A stretch of DNA of 64,000 nt from Convolutriloba macropyga (GCF_964194025.1 NC_134471.1:64480001-64544000), one strand, 5' to 3'. Numbered from the stretch's first letter, positions 25,144 to 39,300 are shown. Notes: generated by a model not told the origin, from the letters alone. Translations and numbers: made by a program.

Positions 25144-27043
25144 AAGTGTAACCGGGAGGCTATTTAATTGTTTCAGCTCTTGATTGTTGTTATTTCCTGT
25201 GGTATCAGGGGCTTTTTTTGGGTAGCCCGTTACCGGGGATTTCATATTCCGGCGAAAAAATTATACGAGAATTATTTTTGAATCCATATTTTGTATCAAA
25301 CATTTGGTGTGAGCTTTCGATAATTGTTTGACTAATTAGTTTAGGCCCAAAGCGGCCAATTCCCTTTTATCCAAAGTTACAACAGTGCCCACACCACCAC
25401 CGCCCGAACCTCTCTGCAATATTTGTAACGAGCCTTGCGATAGACAAGTGAGTGCAATTTGAGTCAAATTTAAGAAATATATGTTCACTTTGGTTGTTTG
25501 GAAATTTCAAGTTCAGTCAGTTCAATTCATTGCAAATTAAAACTGCCTTCACAGTCGTCTCGCCGCGGCCGCTGCGTACAAGTAGTAGATTGATACAGTA
25601 GTACGCTGCAGTTTTTTCATTTGGTAATCATTATTTCAGAAGTTGATAGCCCACCGCCCTTTGCATCGTCTGAAAAGCATCGTAAAGTGTTCGATATCTT
25701 ATCAGACTGCATTTCATTGTCAAAATTCTTTAATTTATCCATTTTATGTTTTCTACTTATTTTCATTAAAGGCTCTTGAAGTGCATTTGCCTCAATAAAC
25801 AGGTAGTTGAATTTTACGTGATCCACAGCTCGAGCCTTCTAGACATGTTTTTGATATTAAAGCATCATTTCAACTTTTGGATTTTGCGAGAAGTAAGTGC
25901 ATTATCATTGTGCTAATCATAGCGCATTCAGTATGAGGCCCGTCTTGAAGCATCTTAGTGAGCATGATGTTCAAAGAATTGGCAATTTTGAAACGTATTT
26001 TATTTTTGCTAACGGTAAAGAGGACTGGTTTCCAGTGAACTATTTCATTGTAAATTTCCCGCAGAGTTTCAATTTGTTCGTCTTGTAAATTTTTTCCAAA
26101 AATCGCATTGGTCCGGGTTGCCTCGATCGAATGTGCCGGGTTACGTTTAGCTGTTTCCTGAGGACCAAGATTTGCATGTTCACAGCAGTGTTTGCAAACA
26201 AATTTAGGATGGTAGAAGTTTTTAATTGACAGGCCGCTGCATTTGATATGCATATATGTGCCGCAACCGTAGCATCAAACTCCACCTTTTCGGGGTTGAA
26301 TAGAACGCTTAGAGCAATCGGTTTGAGTAGCTGACGTTGTCAGAGGGAGGCTGTTCACCGAGTGTAGATTATTGATAAAAATGATAATAACCAAACATAA
26401 AATTCATCGCAAAGATATATCCCACTATGCATTGAAGAGATCGATTAGGTTAGCTCCGCGATATGAGTGGATGCTTTCTCCGACTGCGCTATCTTAAATA
26501 TATTTTGTCCTGGATGTTCCAATTAATAAATCTTTTGCAATCCAGGGTAGTATCTGTGCAGCAACTTGTCTCGCCACCTGCAAAAACAAAAAGCAGTATC
26601 TTCTGTTTCACACATGCACAATCCGCTTCAAATCACGCGCAAACACAAGAGCACACTCAAAGACCCAGAGCATACTCATAGATATAATCAGAAGCGGAAG
26701 AATAGAACTCCATTACCAGAAGTGATAGAATAAAAGTTCATTCCCGTTTAGGGAAGTATTTAAAGCATACAAAAATAAAGCAATGGTTTAAATCAGGAAG
26801 TATCTGCTTGCGACTAGTGTTCTACAGTTAAAACTGATGCAGAAAGAATTGGAGATTACTCTAAATTGACGATTGGAACCCAAAAACCTGCAGCCCTAAT
26901 GTGAATTTAAAACAACAAATATCCACAAATCAACTTGAAAAAAACTATTTTACAATATCAAGGTATTTCTTTAAGATTGTGCAATAATGTCAATGAAAGC
27001 CCATTGTTGTGATAAATTTATCAAATAGTTTCATTTTGTGTAA

Positions 27044-27250
27044 TGCCTGGAACACGGTCAAAACATGCCTCAAACCAAGATGAGACCTGTTAAAACTGTA
27101 GCAACAGGAGGGAACCGGCTTCTGTGTCTGCTACCAAAATTGCACAAAGAGTGATTGTATGCATGAGTTATACCAAAGAAGAGTTCAATTCACTGTAAAA
27201 AGCAAGAAACATTTTGTCCGTTTGTGATTCATGTTTACCAATAGCCAAGG
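27044..27250 (+). mobile_element. CR1/L2-like ORF1 N-terminal PHD fragment (copies at ~30152, ~32138, ~35028)
   Basis: MPGTRS..ETCENC...C..C..H..C..F.KE.FN.L..K.F..CD.C, frameshifted. Confidence 0.55.
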
Positions 27251-28219
27251 AAAACAAGGAGTTAGATAAATTTTAGAAATTTAGAAAACAATATAATTAA
27301 AAAGATGTTAAAAAGCTAAGTCAACTATAAAATATAATGTACAAAGGTTTTTGGCTATATCTAGGATCATCATGTAAAATTCGACTAAAAATTATTCTTT
27401 TTACGATTAAATTGATTTAAATTCAAACAAAAAATAAAACAGTGAAATGAGAGCTTCTCGGAATATTGTGTATCCGTAGAAACGAAAATTTCCCAAATTT
27501 TGTTTTCCAATTCGTTTTCAAGATTGTTGAAGTTAGAGTTTTGAAGTTCTCAATGGCTTTTTATCGTTTCGGTGACGTTTTGAAACTTTGCAACGTTTTA
27601 ATTCTTGATTTAAAAGTGGATGGGTTACTCTGCTACTAAGCGCCATAATAGAGCAAAGAACATTGTTTTGAAAAAGCACAGCAAATTTTATTGCTCTACG
27701 AAAGAGAAAGAGTTGACGGCTGTAGAGTTTTTAGTAGTTTGATTGGTTTTGATAATGCAGACAAAAAATTTCCAGAAAGCTCAAAAAACAGCAGAAATTG
27801 TTTTAAAAAATTTGGCTCACTTTGGTGGTTTGGGAATTTCAAGTACAATCAGATCAGTTCATTGCAAATTAAAACTGCCTTCACAGTCGTCTCGCCGCGG
27901 CCGCTGCGTACAAGTAGTAGATTGATACAGTAGTACAGTGCAGTTTTTTTCTTTGATATTCACTATGTCAGAAATTGACAGCCCAACACCCTCTGCATCA
28001 TTTGAAAGGCATCGTAAAGCATTCGATATATTACCAGACTCCATTTGATTGTCAAAAATTTTTAATTTATCGATTTTTCGTTTTCTACTTAATTTCACTA
28101 AACGCTCATGAAGCGCCTTGGCCTCAATAAACAGGTAGTCGAATTTGCACCTGATCCACAGATGGAGCTTTTAGACAAGTTATTTGTTATTAAAACATCC
28201 TTTCCATTTTTGGATCTTG

Positions 28220-29480
28220 CGAAAAGTAAGTGCGGCATTGGAGATCCCAGGCTAATTGGAGATCTCGTTTAACGCATTTCACTCTATTCCTGACTGTAAT
28301 TCCTCCTAAGTCCTCTCCAATTCCAATTCGTTGTGCCCCAGGGCATACATCTAGTGCAATCAGAAAGCAAGCAATAAAAGAACTCAGGAAATTTAGTTCT
28401 TCGGTTGCAATTCTGATCGAATGTTTGGACAAAGTTTTGCTGAGGTCGATTGAGGAGAATTTGCATGATGTAATAAGTTGCCTTTATTCCCTTGCATCAA
28501 GACGAGATGGGCCATGGCTGCCATCTTTTTTCATTGCGGCGCGTTTTATTCCCGAGCCATTAATTGATTAAAAATAGAAGGATAAAAGGCTAAATTCCAA
28601 TTTTTCATTTCGGTTGATATGTACTTAAGATGGCTTTTCTGACTAAATGTGTGCTTTTCTTGTATATGATTGATACGGTAGTACGGTGCAGTTTTTTCTT
28701 ATGATAATCACTATTTCAGAAGTTGATAGCCTACCGCCCTTTGCATCGTCTGAAAGGCATCGTAAAGTGTTCGATATGTTATCAGACTCCATTTGATTGT
28801 CAAAAGTTTTTAATTTAACCATTTTTCGTTATCTACTTAATTTCACTAAACGCTCTTGAAGTGCCTTTGCCTCAATAAACAGGTAGTCGAATTTGCAACT
28901 GATCCGCAGATAGAGCCTTCCAGACATTTTTTTTGTTATTAAAGCATCACTTTCACTTTTGGATTTTGCGAGAAGTAAGTGCATTATCATTGTGCTAATC
29001 ATAGCGCATTCAGTATGAGGCCCGTCTTGAAGCATCTTAGTGAGCATGATGTTCAAAGAATTTTGAAACGTATTTTATTTTTGCTAACGGTAAAGAGGAC
29101 TGGTTTCCAGTGAACTATTTCATTGTAAATTTCCCGCAGAGTTTCAATTTGTTCGTCTTGTAAATTTTTTCCAAAAATCGCATTGGTCCGGGTTGCCTCG
29201 ATCGAATGTGCCGGGTTACGTTTAGCTGTTTCCTGAGGACCAAGATTTGCATGTTAACAGCAGTGTTTGCAAACAAATTTAGGATGGTAGAAGTTTTTAA
29301 TTGACAGGCCGCTGCATTTGATATGCATATATGTGCCGCAACCGTAGCACCAAACTCCACCTTTTCGGAGGTGAATAGAACGCTTAGAGCAATCGGTTTG
29401 AGTAGCTGACATTGTCAGAGAGGCAATGGGTTTGAGTACCTGACATTGTCAGAGGGAGGCTGTTCACCGAGTGTAGGTTA
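28220..29480 (-). mobile_element. CRE-like (RLE-type) non-LTR retrotransposon, N-terminal part to start of RT; repeated in each array unit
   Basis: PHD (CSKR..CYGC..MHIKC..CKHC), EIYNEIVHWKP.LF, HLLLAK, LW...L..EAKALQERL, GNISN.LRCLS, GSHGPSRLDA, LIALDVCPGAQRIGIGEDL; motifs characteristic of animal CRE elements. Confidence 0.75.
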
Positions 29481-32400
29481 TTGATAAAAATGATAATAAC
29501 CAAACATAAAATTCATTGCAAAAATATATCCCACTATGCATTGAAGAGATCGATTAAGTTAGCTCCGCGATATGAGTGGATGGTGTCTCCGACTGCGCTA
29601 TCTTCAGTTTATTTTGTCCTGGATGTTCCAATTAATAAATCTTGTGCATTCCAGGGTAGTATCTGCGCAGCAACTTGTATCATCATCTGCATATATAAGA
29701 AGCAGAATCTTCTGGTTCACACATGCACAATCTTCTTCAAATCACGCGCAAACCCAAGGGCACACTCAAAGACCCGGAGCATACTCATAGATATAATCAG
29801 AAGCGGAAGAATAAAACTCCATTACCAGAAGTGATAGAATAAAAGATCATTCCTGTTTAGGTAAGTATTTAAAGCATACAAAAATAAAGCAATGGTTTAA
29901 ATCAGGAAGTATCTGCTTGTGTCCAGTGTTCTGCAATTAAAACTGAAGCAGAAAAAATTGGAGATTACTCTAAATTGACGATTGGAACCCAAGGACCTGC
30001 AGCCCTAATGTGAATTTAAAACAACAAATATCCACAAATCAACTTGAAGAAAACTATTTTACAATAACAAGGTATTTCATTAAGATTTTGCAATAACGTC
30101 AATGAAAGCCCATTGTTGTGATAAATTTATCAAATAGTTTTATTTTGTGTAATGCCTGGAACACGGTCAAGGCATGCCTCAAACCAAGATGAGACCTGTG
30201 AAAACTGTAGCGACAGGAGGGAACCGGCTTCTGTGTGTGCTATCAAAAATGCACACACAGTGATTGTATGCATGAGTTTTAACAAAGAAAAGTTCAATTC
30301 ACTGTTAAAAGCAAGAAATCATACATCTAGTGCAATCAGAAAGCAAGCAATAAAAGAACTCAGGAAATTTAGGTCTTAGGTTGCAATTCTGATTGAATGT
30401 TTGGACAAAGTTTTGCTGAGGTCGATTGAGGAGAATTTGCATGATGTAATAAGTTGTCTTTATTCCCTTGCATCAAGACGAGATGGGCCATGGCTGCCAT
30501 TTGTTTTCATTGCGGCGGGTTTTATTTCCGAGCCATTGATTGATTAAAAATAGAAGGATAAAAAGCTAAATTCCAATTTTTCATTTCGGTTGATATGTAC
30601 TTAAGATGGCTTCTCTGACTAAATGTGTCCTTTTTTTGTATATGATTGATACGGTAGTACGGTGCAGTTTTTTCTTTTGATAATCACTATTTCAGAAGTT
30701 GATAGCATACCGCCCTTTGCATCGTCTGAAAGGCATCGTAAAGTGTTCGATATGTTATCAGACTCCATTTGATTGTCAAAAGTTTTTAATTTAACCATTT
30801 TTCGTTATCTACCTAATTTCACTAAACGCTCTTGAAGTGCCTTTGCCTCAATAAACAGGTAGTCAAATTTGCAACTGATCCACAGATTGAGCCTTCCAGA
30901 CATGTTTTTTGTTATTAAAGCATCACTTTCACTTTTGGATTTTGCGAGAAGTAAGTGCATTATCATTGTGCTAATCATAGCGCATTCAGTATGAGGCCCA
31001 TCTTGAAGCATCTTAGTGAGCATGATGTTCAAAGCATTGGCAATTTTGAAACGTACTTTTTTTTGCTAACGTTAAAGAGGATTGGTTTCCAGTGAACTAT
31101 TTCATTGTAAATTTCCCGCAGTGTTTCTATTTGTTCGTCTTGTAATTTTTTGTCCAAAAATCATATTGTTCCGGGGGTGCGTTGATTGAATGTTTCGGGC
31201 AACGTTTAGCTGTTTCCCGAGGACCATGTTTTGCATGTTCACAGCAGTGTTTGCAAATAAATTTAGGGTGGTAGAAGTTTTTAATTGACAGGCCGCTGCA
31301 TTTGATATGCATATATAGGTGCCGCCACCGTAGCACCAAACTCCACCTTTTCGGAGGTGAATAGAACGCTTAGAGCAATCGGTTTGAGTAGCTGACATTG
31401 TCAGAGAGGCAATGGGTTTGAGTACCTGACATTGTCAGAGGGAGGCTGTTCACCGAGTGTAGATTATTGATAAAAATGATAAAAACCAAACATAAAATTC
31501 ATTGCAAAAATATATCCCACTATGCATTGAAGAGATCGATTAAGTTAGCTCCGCGATATGAGTGGATGGTTTCTCCGACTGCGCTATCTTCAGTCTATTT
31601 TCTTCTGGATGTTCCAATTAATAAATCTTGTGCATTCCAGGGTAGTATCTGCGCAGCAACTTGTATCATCATCTGCGAATATAAGAAGCAGAATCTTCTG
31701 GTTCACACATGCACAATCTGCTTCAAATCACGCGCAAACCCAAGGGCACACTCAAAGACCCAGAGCATACTCATAGATATAATCAGAAGCGGAAGAATAA
31801 AACTCCATTACCAGAAGTGATAGAATAAAAGATCATTCCTGTTTAGGGAAGTATTTAAAGCATACAAAAATAAAGCAATGGTTTAAATCAGGAAGTATCT
31901 GCTTGTGTCTAGTGTTCTGCAATTAAAACTGAAGCAGAAAGAATTTGAGATTACTCTAATTTGACGATTGGAACCCAAGGACCTGCTGCCCTAATGTGAA
32001 TTTAAAACAACAAATATCCGCAAATCAACTTGAAGAAAACTATTTTACAATATCAAGGTATTTCATTAAGATTTTGCAATAATGTCAATGAAAGCCCATT
32101 GTTGTGATAAATTTATCAAATAGTTTTATTTTGTGTAATGCCTGGAACACGGTCAAGACATGCCTCAAACCAAGATGAGACCTGTGAAAACTGTAGCAAC
32201 AGTAGGGAACCGGCTTCTTGTGTGTGCTATCAAAAATGCACACACAGTGATTGTATGCATGAGTTTTACCAAAGAAAAGTTCAATTCTCTGTAAAAAGCA
32301 AGAAACATTTTGTCCACTTGTGATCCATGTTTAATAATAGCCAAGGAAAAAAGGAGTAAGATAAGTTTTAGAAATTTAGAAAATAATATTTTTAAAAGAT

Positions 32401-35400
32401 GTTAAAAAGCTAAGTCAACTTTAAAATATAATGTACAAACGTTTTCGCTATATCTAGGATCATCAAACAAAATTCAATTAAAAATTATTTTTTATACAAT
32501 TAATTGATTTAATTTCAAACGAAAGATAAAACAGTGAAATAAGAGGTTCTCGGAATATTGTGTATCGGTAGAAACCAAAATTTCTGAAATTGTGTTTTCC
32601 AATTTGTTTTCAAGATTGTTGAAGTTAGAGCTTTGAAGTTCTTAATGGCTTTTTATCGTTTCGGTGCCGTTTTGAAACAATGCAACGTTTTGATTTTCGA
32701 GTTAAAAGTGGATGGGTCACTATCCCACCAAGTGCCATATCAGAGCAAAAAACATCGTTTTGAGAAAGCACAGCAAATTTTATTTCTCTTCGAAGTGGAA
32801 AGAGTTGACGGCTGTAGATTTTTTAGTAGTTTGATTGGTTTTGATAATGCAGAAAATAAATTTATAGAAAGCTCAATAAAACAGCATAAATTGTTTCTAA
32901 AAAGCTGGCCGTTCATGCCAATGTTTCAATTCAAAATGTTTAAAAATCGTTTACTTCAACGTTTCATCATAGGTTTACCTTCTTAGCTCTAACACCTAAT
33001 GTTGAATACCTGATAAAAGAATGTGAGAAATTGATCGACGGTGAGTTTTACCTAATCTAATAAAGGATCCCGCCCGAAAAACCGGAATACTTTTTCGTTG
33101 ACTCAACAGGGAGGTTGGCCTCAACGTCCTTAAACATTAAGCCACACAGTGATTGTATGCATGAGTTTTACCAAAGAAAAGTTCAATTCACTGTAAAAAG
33201 CAAGAAATCATACATCTAGTGCAATCAGAAAGCAAGCAATAAAAGAACTCAGGAAATTTAGTTCTTCGGTTGCAATTCTGATTGAATGTTTGGACAAAGT
33301 TTTGCTGAGGTCGATTGAGGAGAATTTGCATGATGTAATAAGTTGTCTTTATTCCCTTGCATCAAGACGAGATGGGCCATGGCTGCCATGTGTTTTCACT
33401 GCGGCGGGTTTTATTTCCGAGCCATTAATTGATTAAAAATAGAAGGATAAAAAGCTAAATTCCAATTTTTCATTTCGGTTGATATATACTTAAGATGGCT
33501 TCTCTGACTAAATGTGTCCTTTTCTTGTATATGATTGATACGGTAATACGGTGCAGTTTTTTCTTTTGATAATCACTATTTCAGAAGTTGATAGCCTACC
33601 GCCCTTTGCATCGTCTGAAAGGCATCGTAAAGTGTTCGATATGTTATCAGACTCCATTTGATTGTCAAAAGTTTTTAATTTAACCATTTTTCGTTATCTA
33701 CTTAATTTCACTAAACGCTCTTGAAGTGCCTTTGCCTCAATAAACAGGTAGTCGAATTTGCAACTGATCCACAGATTGAGCCTTCCAGACATGTTTTTTG
33801 TTATTAAAGCATCACTTTCACTTTTGGATTTTGCGAGAAGTAAGTGCATTATCATTGTGCTAATCATAGCGCATTCAGTATGAGGCCCATCTTGAAGCAT
33901 CTTATTGAGCATGATGTTCAAAGCATTGGCAATTTTGAAACGTACTTTATTTTTGCTAACGTTAAACAGGATTGGTTTCCAGTGAACTATTTCATTGTAA
34001 ATTTCCCGCAGTGTTTCTATTTGTTCGTCTTGTAATTTTTTGTCCAAAAATCATATTGTTCCGGGGGTGCGTTGATTGAATGTTTCGGGCAACGTTTAGC
34101 TGTTTCCCGAGGACCATGTTTTGCATGTTCACAGCAGTGTTTGCAAATAAATTTAGGGTGGTAGAAGTTTTTAATTGACAGGCCGCTGCATTTGATATGC
34201 ATATATAGGTGCCGCCACCGTAGCACCAAACTCCACCTTTTCGGAGTTGAATAGAACGCTTAGAGCAATCGGTTTGAGTAGCTGACATTGTCAGAGAGGC
34301 AATGGGTTTGAGTACCTGACATTGTCAGAGGGAGGCTGTTCACCGAGTGTAGATTATTGATCAAAATGATAAAAACCAAACATAAAATTCATTGCAAAAA
34401 TATATCCCACTATGCATTGAAGAGATCGATTAAGTTAGCTCCGCGATATGAGTGGATGGTTTCTCCGACTGCGCTATCTTCAGTCTATTTTGTTCTGGAT
34501 GTTCCAATTAATAAATCTTGTGCATTCCAGGGTAGTATCTGCGCAGCAACTTGTATCATCATCTGCGAATATAAGAAGCAGAATCTTCTGGTTCACACAT
34601 GCACAATCTGCTTCAAATCACGCGCAAACCCAAGGGCACACTCAAAGACCCAGAGCATCCTCATAGATGTAATCAGAAGCGGAAGAATAAAACTCCATTA
34701 CCAGAAGTGATAGAATAAAAGATCATTCCTGTTTAGTGAAGTATTTAAAGCATACAAAAATAAAGCAATGGTTTAAATCAGGAAGTATCTGCTTGTGTTT
34801 AGTGTTCTGCAATTAAAACTGAAGCAGAAAGAATTTGAGATTACTCTAATTTGACGATTGGAACCCAAGGACCTGCAGCCCTAATGTGAATTTAAAACAA
34901 CAAATATCCACAAATCAACTTGAAGAAAACTATTTTACAATATCAAGGTATTTCATTAAGATTTTGCAATAATGTCAATGAAAGCCCATTGTTGTGATAA
35001 ATTTATCAAATAGTTTTATTTTGTGTAATGCCTGGAACACGGTCAAGACATGCCTCAAACCAAGATGAGACCTGTGAAAACTGTAGCAACAGGAGGGAAC
35101 CGGCTTCTTGTGTGTGCTATCAAAAATGCACACACAGTGATTGTATGCATGAGTTTTACCAAAGAAAAGTTCAATTCTCTGTAAAAAGCAAGAAACATTT
35201 TGTCCACTTGTGATCCATGTTTAATAATAGCCAAGGAAAAAAAGAGTAAGATAATTTTTAGAAATTTAGAAAATAATATTTTTAAAAGATGTTAAAAAGC
35301 TAAGTCAACTTTAAAATATAATGTACAAACGTTTTCGCTATATCTAGGATTATCAAATAAATCAAATAAAATTCAATTAAAAATTATTTTTTATACAATT

Positions 35401-35989
35401 AATTGATTTAATTTCAAACGAAAGATAAAATAGTGAAATAAGAGGTTCTCGGAATATTGTGTATCGGTAGAAACCAAAATTTCTGAAATTGTGTTTTCCA
35501 ATTTGTTTTCAAGATTGTTGAAGTTAGAGCTTTGAAGTTCTTAATGGCTTTTTATCGTTTCGGTGCCGTTTTGAAACAATGCAACGTTTTGATTTTCGAG
35601 TTAAAAGTGGATGGGTCACTATCCTACCAAGTGCCATATCAGAGCAAAAAACATCGTTTTGAGAAAGCACAGCAAATTTTATTTCTCTACGAAAGGGAAG
35701 GAGTTGACGGCTGTAGAGTTTTTAGTAGTCTGATTGGCTTTGATAATGCAGAGAGGAAACTTCTAGAAAACTCAATAAAACAGCAGAAATTGTTTTTAAA
35801 AAGCTGGCCGATCATGCCAATGTTTCAGTTCAAAATGTTTATAAATCGTTCACTTCATCGGTTCATCATAAATTTAATTTCCTAGCTCGTACAACACCTA
35901 ATGTTGAAGACCTGAAAAAATAATGTGACAATTCAGTCGACGGTGAGTTTTACCTAATCTAATAAAGGATCCCGCCCGAAAAACCGGAA

Positions 35990-36780
35990 TACTTTTTCGT
36001 TGCCTCAACAGGGAGGTTGGCCTCAACGTCCTTAAACATTAAGCCCGTTTTAGGGAACATAATCCATCAGTTCAACTGTCATCTCCTTTTTCCATATCTC
36101 AGCCCGAAGACCAACTAATCAAACAACAAATCATACTTGAAACATAAAAGGAGGAAGAGCTGAATATCAATTCGAAAAAGATGAGAATTAAAAGGAATTG
36201 AAAAAGAACGAGATTCGCTCACTTCAGTTAGTTAGTGAAAAGGGAGCACCCAGTTGGTTGAACGCTGTGACATTGAAGCGACATCAGTTTGACCTAACGA
36301 ATAGCGGGCTTCGTGATGGCATTGAATTTCGCTGTGGTTGGAATCAAGTAAGAATGCCATCACTATCCGCATGTAATGAAAACTTCAATATCGCACAGGC
36401 TCTCAACTGGGATTCCTTTCCAATTTTTTTAGTCAATTGTGTCATGATGCCGAAGTGAAACCAAATTTTCTGCCGTTGCAAGGGGAAGCCTTTGCTCTTT
36501 AATCAATGACAGCTGATGATGATGCAAGACTAATGCCAACGAAAATTGGTAACCGATGAGAAAAAACAATTTTTGATGTGGAAACTACCAACAATTATTA
36601 ACAAAGAATAATTGATTTTAGGAAAGCAATTTTTTTCCAACTGTCTTCGCATGCATATGCACAGCTGGCCAATCAGCGTCAAAAACGCCGAAACAACTGC
36701 CATCAAAGCTCTCTGCGCTGAACAGGAGCTGAGGTTGAATAAGGGAAGATGCTAGTTGGACTCACCTACTCTCGCCAATA
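35990..36780 (+). mobile_element. CRE-like element C-terminal remnant (zinc knuckle / restriction-like endonuclease region); paralogue at ~54070-54830
   Basis: GG.GL, SEKGAPSWLNA, LRDGI..R.GW, EP...PLQGE.F, DDDARL, KANFCPLVF..GSGPSASKTLKQLASKL. Confidence 0.75.
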
Positions 36781-37289
36781 GCTGTTTGTTTTCTTATGCT
36801 CTCTGCATTTTGATTTGCTGTTCTTCAGCTGATGTTTGTACTCACTTTCTTGAGAGATTCAAACAAATCGAAAAGTTTTATGAAGAAGTAGGGCTGGGAG
36901 GGCCCCGGACCAGCCAATGTTCACCCAGTGTTGGACATTGGCCTTCCTTAACTAAGATATTCTTTTTTTATTGGTGAATTAATTGAACGTTTTTGCAATA
37001 AAATGCCTAGTCAGGAGTTAAAAACTTGTTAAGTTAAATTTTTACAAATATGCGTACATACGGTAAAATGTTTTGATTACCTATTTACAGTTTCAGTTTT
37101 TCTAAAACTCCAACAATTTGTCATATTGAAGTTTGTTTTAATGTTACAAAGACTTTGAAACGTTTCAGATGAGTTTTTGTTCTTGTGAGTTTTCAACGGG
37201 CAATTTTTGCTTGCTTTTGTGGTCGATTTAAATTTGGTCACGTTCTGATTCAAATTTATTTGGCACAAAATGCATTTTGTTATTATTAA

Positions 37290-39300
37290 TTGAATTATAA
37301 TTCCTGGCTCTTGTACATGTCTCACGTATTCATTTGTCATTTGTGTCTACTAATATGTAGAGCTTCTGTGTTGAGAATTGTTTTGGTAACCTGGCATTGA
37401 TCTAATATCTCACAATTAGGGGCTGCTCGAGACCCACAGCATTCTTTTACACGTTGCTCCATCAGTGAATCAACTCTTTGATGCTCCAAATTTCTCTTAA
37501 TCAGATATCAACTTTTTTGGCTGACACAAGTTGAGTTGCATCCACAATAACTGTGTTCGTAAACAACATGAAGTTTTAGACTGCTATCAAAACTTGATTT
37601 CAGGGACGTTAGACATATTGGTAGTTATCGCGTGGCAAAGATGGTTCTCATTTCGCACGTTTTTTTTAAATGCCGCTCCAATTGCAGGCTGATGTTACTC
37701 CGGTACTGCAAGAAAAAAATAGTTCAACATCTTTTGCTCATGGTTGGTGTCTCCACTCTTTAAACTTCTCGCCGCCACTCTTCAGCTGAGTTTTACTTAA
37801 AACCTCTTGTAAGCATCAATTCCAATGTTCAGGGTAATGATTTTTGAGCCCTATAATTTTTTTCCATAAAAACTTTTTCCATGAGAACTTTGCGTGCGCT
37901 TCTGAAAAAAAAGTTGAACAGCTCGTTCTACGATATTTTTCTTTTGTTGGATAGTTGCACAGCTGCGCAATTTCAAGAAAACCCCGTATCGGTTGGTTTC
38001 GTGTACCACTCGCCGTTAATCATTTTACAGCTATTTACATTATTGATAAATGTCTAAAAATGCTAAATTGTGTTTTTTCTCCTGTCCCATCAAATGTGAA
38101 TTTCAATTTCTCGTCAGGATTGTTGACTTTTCCGAGCAATTTTTCTGGTTCACCACTTAAAGTAGAATTTATATTGGCTGTATATCTTTTGAATAATTGT
38201 CTTTCAGTCACCAGTTCACTAGCTTTTTTCTTGTTTTTCAAGAAATTAGAGCAATACCACAGCATGTCTTTCATTTTGGCGTGAACTTACTGATCAACAA
38301 AAATCTGGTCTTTTGCATGGAATCCACTCTCGCATTTTTCACATTCGAATCAATTTCTTCTATAAGTAAGTTTACGTTTGCATTGAGGGCTTACCTGAAG
38401 ATCTTTTTAAAAGAGTTTAGTGGCAATATGTTTTGTTGATTTCATCTGATTTTTGATTAAAAATCCTGCTATTTCCTTTTTCCCGCGTCTCTAAATTTTG
38501 TCGTATGTTCCGAAATTTCCATTTTTCAGTTTTTCTTAGAGCATGTTCCAAACAACACAGTGAAAGAGTGGCGTCATTTTGCCCAAGTTTTACCTGAATT
38601 ACGGACAAAAAAATCAGTAATTAGCAAATTGGACTCGTTTGCACTTCCCCAAGCTCTTGTCTGACGGTAGCGTTTACCCAACTTCGATTTACCTTTTCGC
38701 TTTTTGAAAAACCACGTAAGTTAATTCGTTATCGCCAAATGATACCCAGCGTCTTCAATTCCTGTGCCCTTTCTTGATGAAATTCACCGTGTTGCTTCAA
38801 ACACCAGTTATCACGCTGTTCGCGTCTGTTTTGTTACCTAAATTACCGGAATACTTGTTTTCAGCAAGCTTGCCACAATATCTAAGACTCGTTTTGCTGC
38901 AAGCACTCCAAAGGTTGTCCGGGTCACAATGATTGAAATCTTTGGATCTGTGTTCTCTGATTGCATTGTTAATTGTATCGTGTCACGGTACTAGATCTGT
39001 CCGATTTCCAAGGTTTCTGCTATTTTCTATCTAAAATCTGTCATTTTTCAGGATATTTCTTGAACTCCTGTTGAGAAACAGGCCGGCAAATGAAGCGACC
39101 GTTCTTTGTCCTTGTATATCACATTGTGCAATGCCTGAGAAAAAGATGACGCCTGGTGCATGGTTGCTCTGAAAATCTGTTATTTTGAAATAGTATCCTC
39201 AATATAACCCTGCTGATAAGGCAACAGTTTCACTCGTGACCTGTTTGTATAGCTAAAACGGGTCAAAAATGGATATAAAATTGTGGAATTGCTCCAAACT
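37290..39300 (-). mobile_element. Decayed Penelope-like element (RT + GIY-YIG endonuclease), copy 1
   Basis: LFKRYTANI (degenerate RYVDD), VNNPDEKLKFT, downstream VVYEHSYCGCNST GIY-YIG-type motif. Confidence 0.75.

Larger units (their letters stand above)
25477..35400. repeat. Irregular tandem array of four 2-3.1 kb mosaic units (CRE-like 5' half on minus, CR1-like ORF1 start on plus)
   Basis: Anchors GAACTATTTCATTGTAAATTTCCCGCAG at ~26037/29112/31094/33984 and CCTGGAACACGGTCAA at ~27046/30155/32141/35031; periods ~3.1, ~2.0 and ~2.9 kb; units 3 and 4 are nearly identical. Confidence 0.93.

Noticed and set aside
32633-32986. 117-aa ORF (MKFLMAFYRF..) and its copies at 27691, 35532 and 53653 as a gene
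   Set aside because: TTG starts, stop codons in the 27.6 kb copy, no motif; origin of the segment is unresolved but there is no evidence for coding function.
29481-34710. Three 117-aa plus-strand ORFs (MIKMI..HYQK) as a novel gene family
   Set aside because: They start at non-ATG codons, have no recognisable domain, are antisense to the CRE-like 5' region and recur only because the DNA was recently duplicated.
37150-37200. Hammerhead ribozyme at the Penelope terminus
   Set aside because: GAAAC is present but there is no correctly placed CTGANGA core or stems on either strand.
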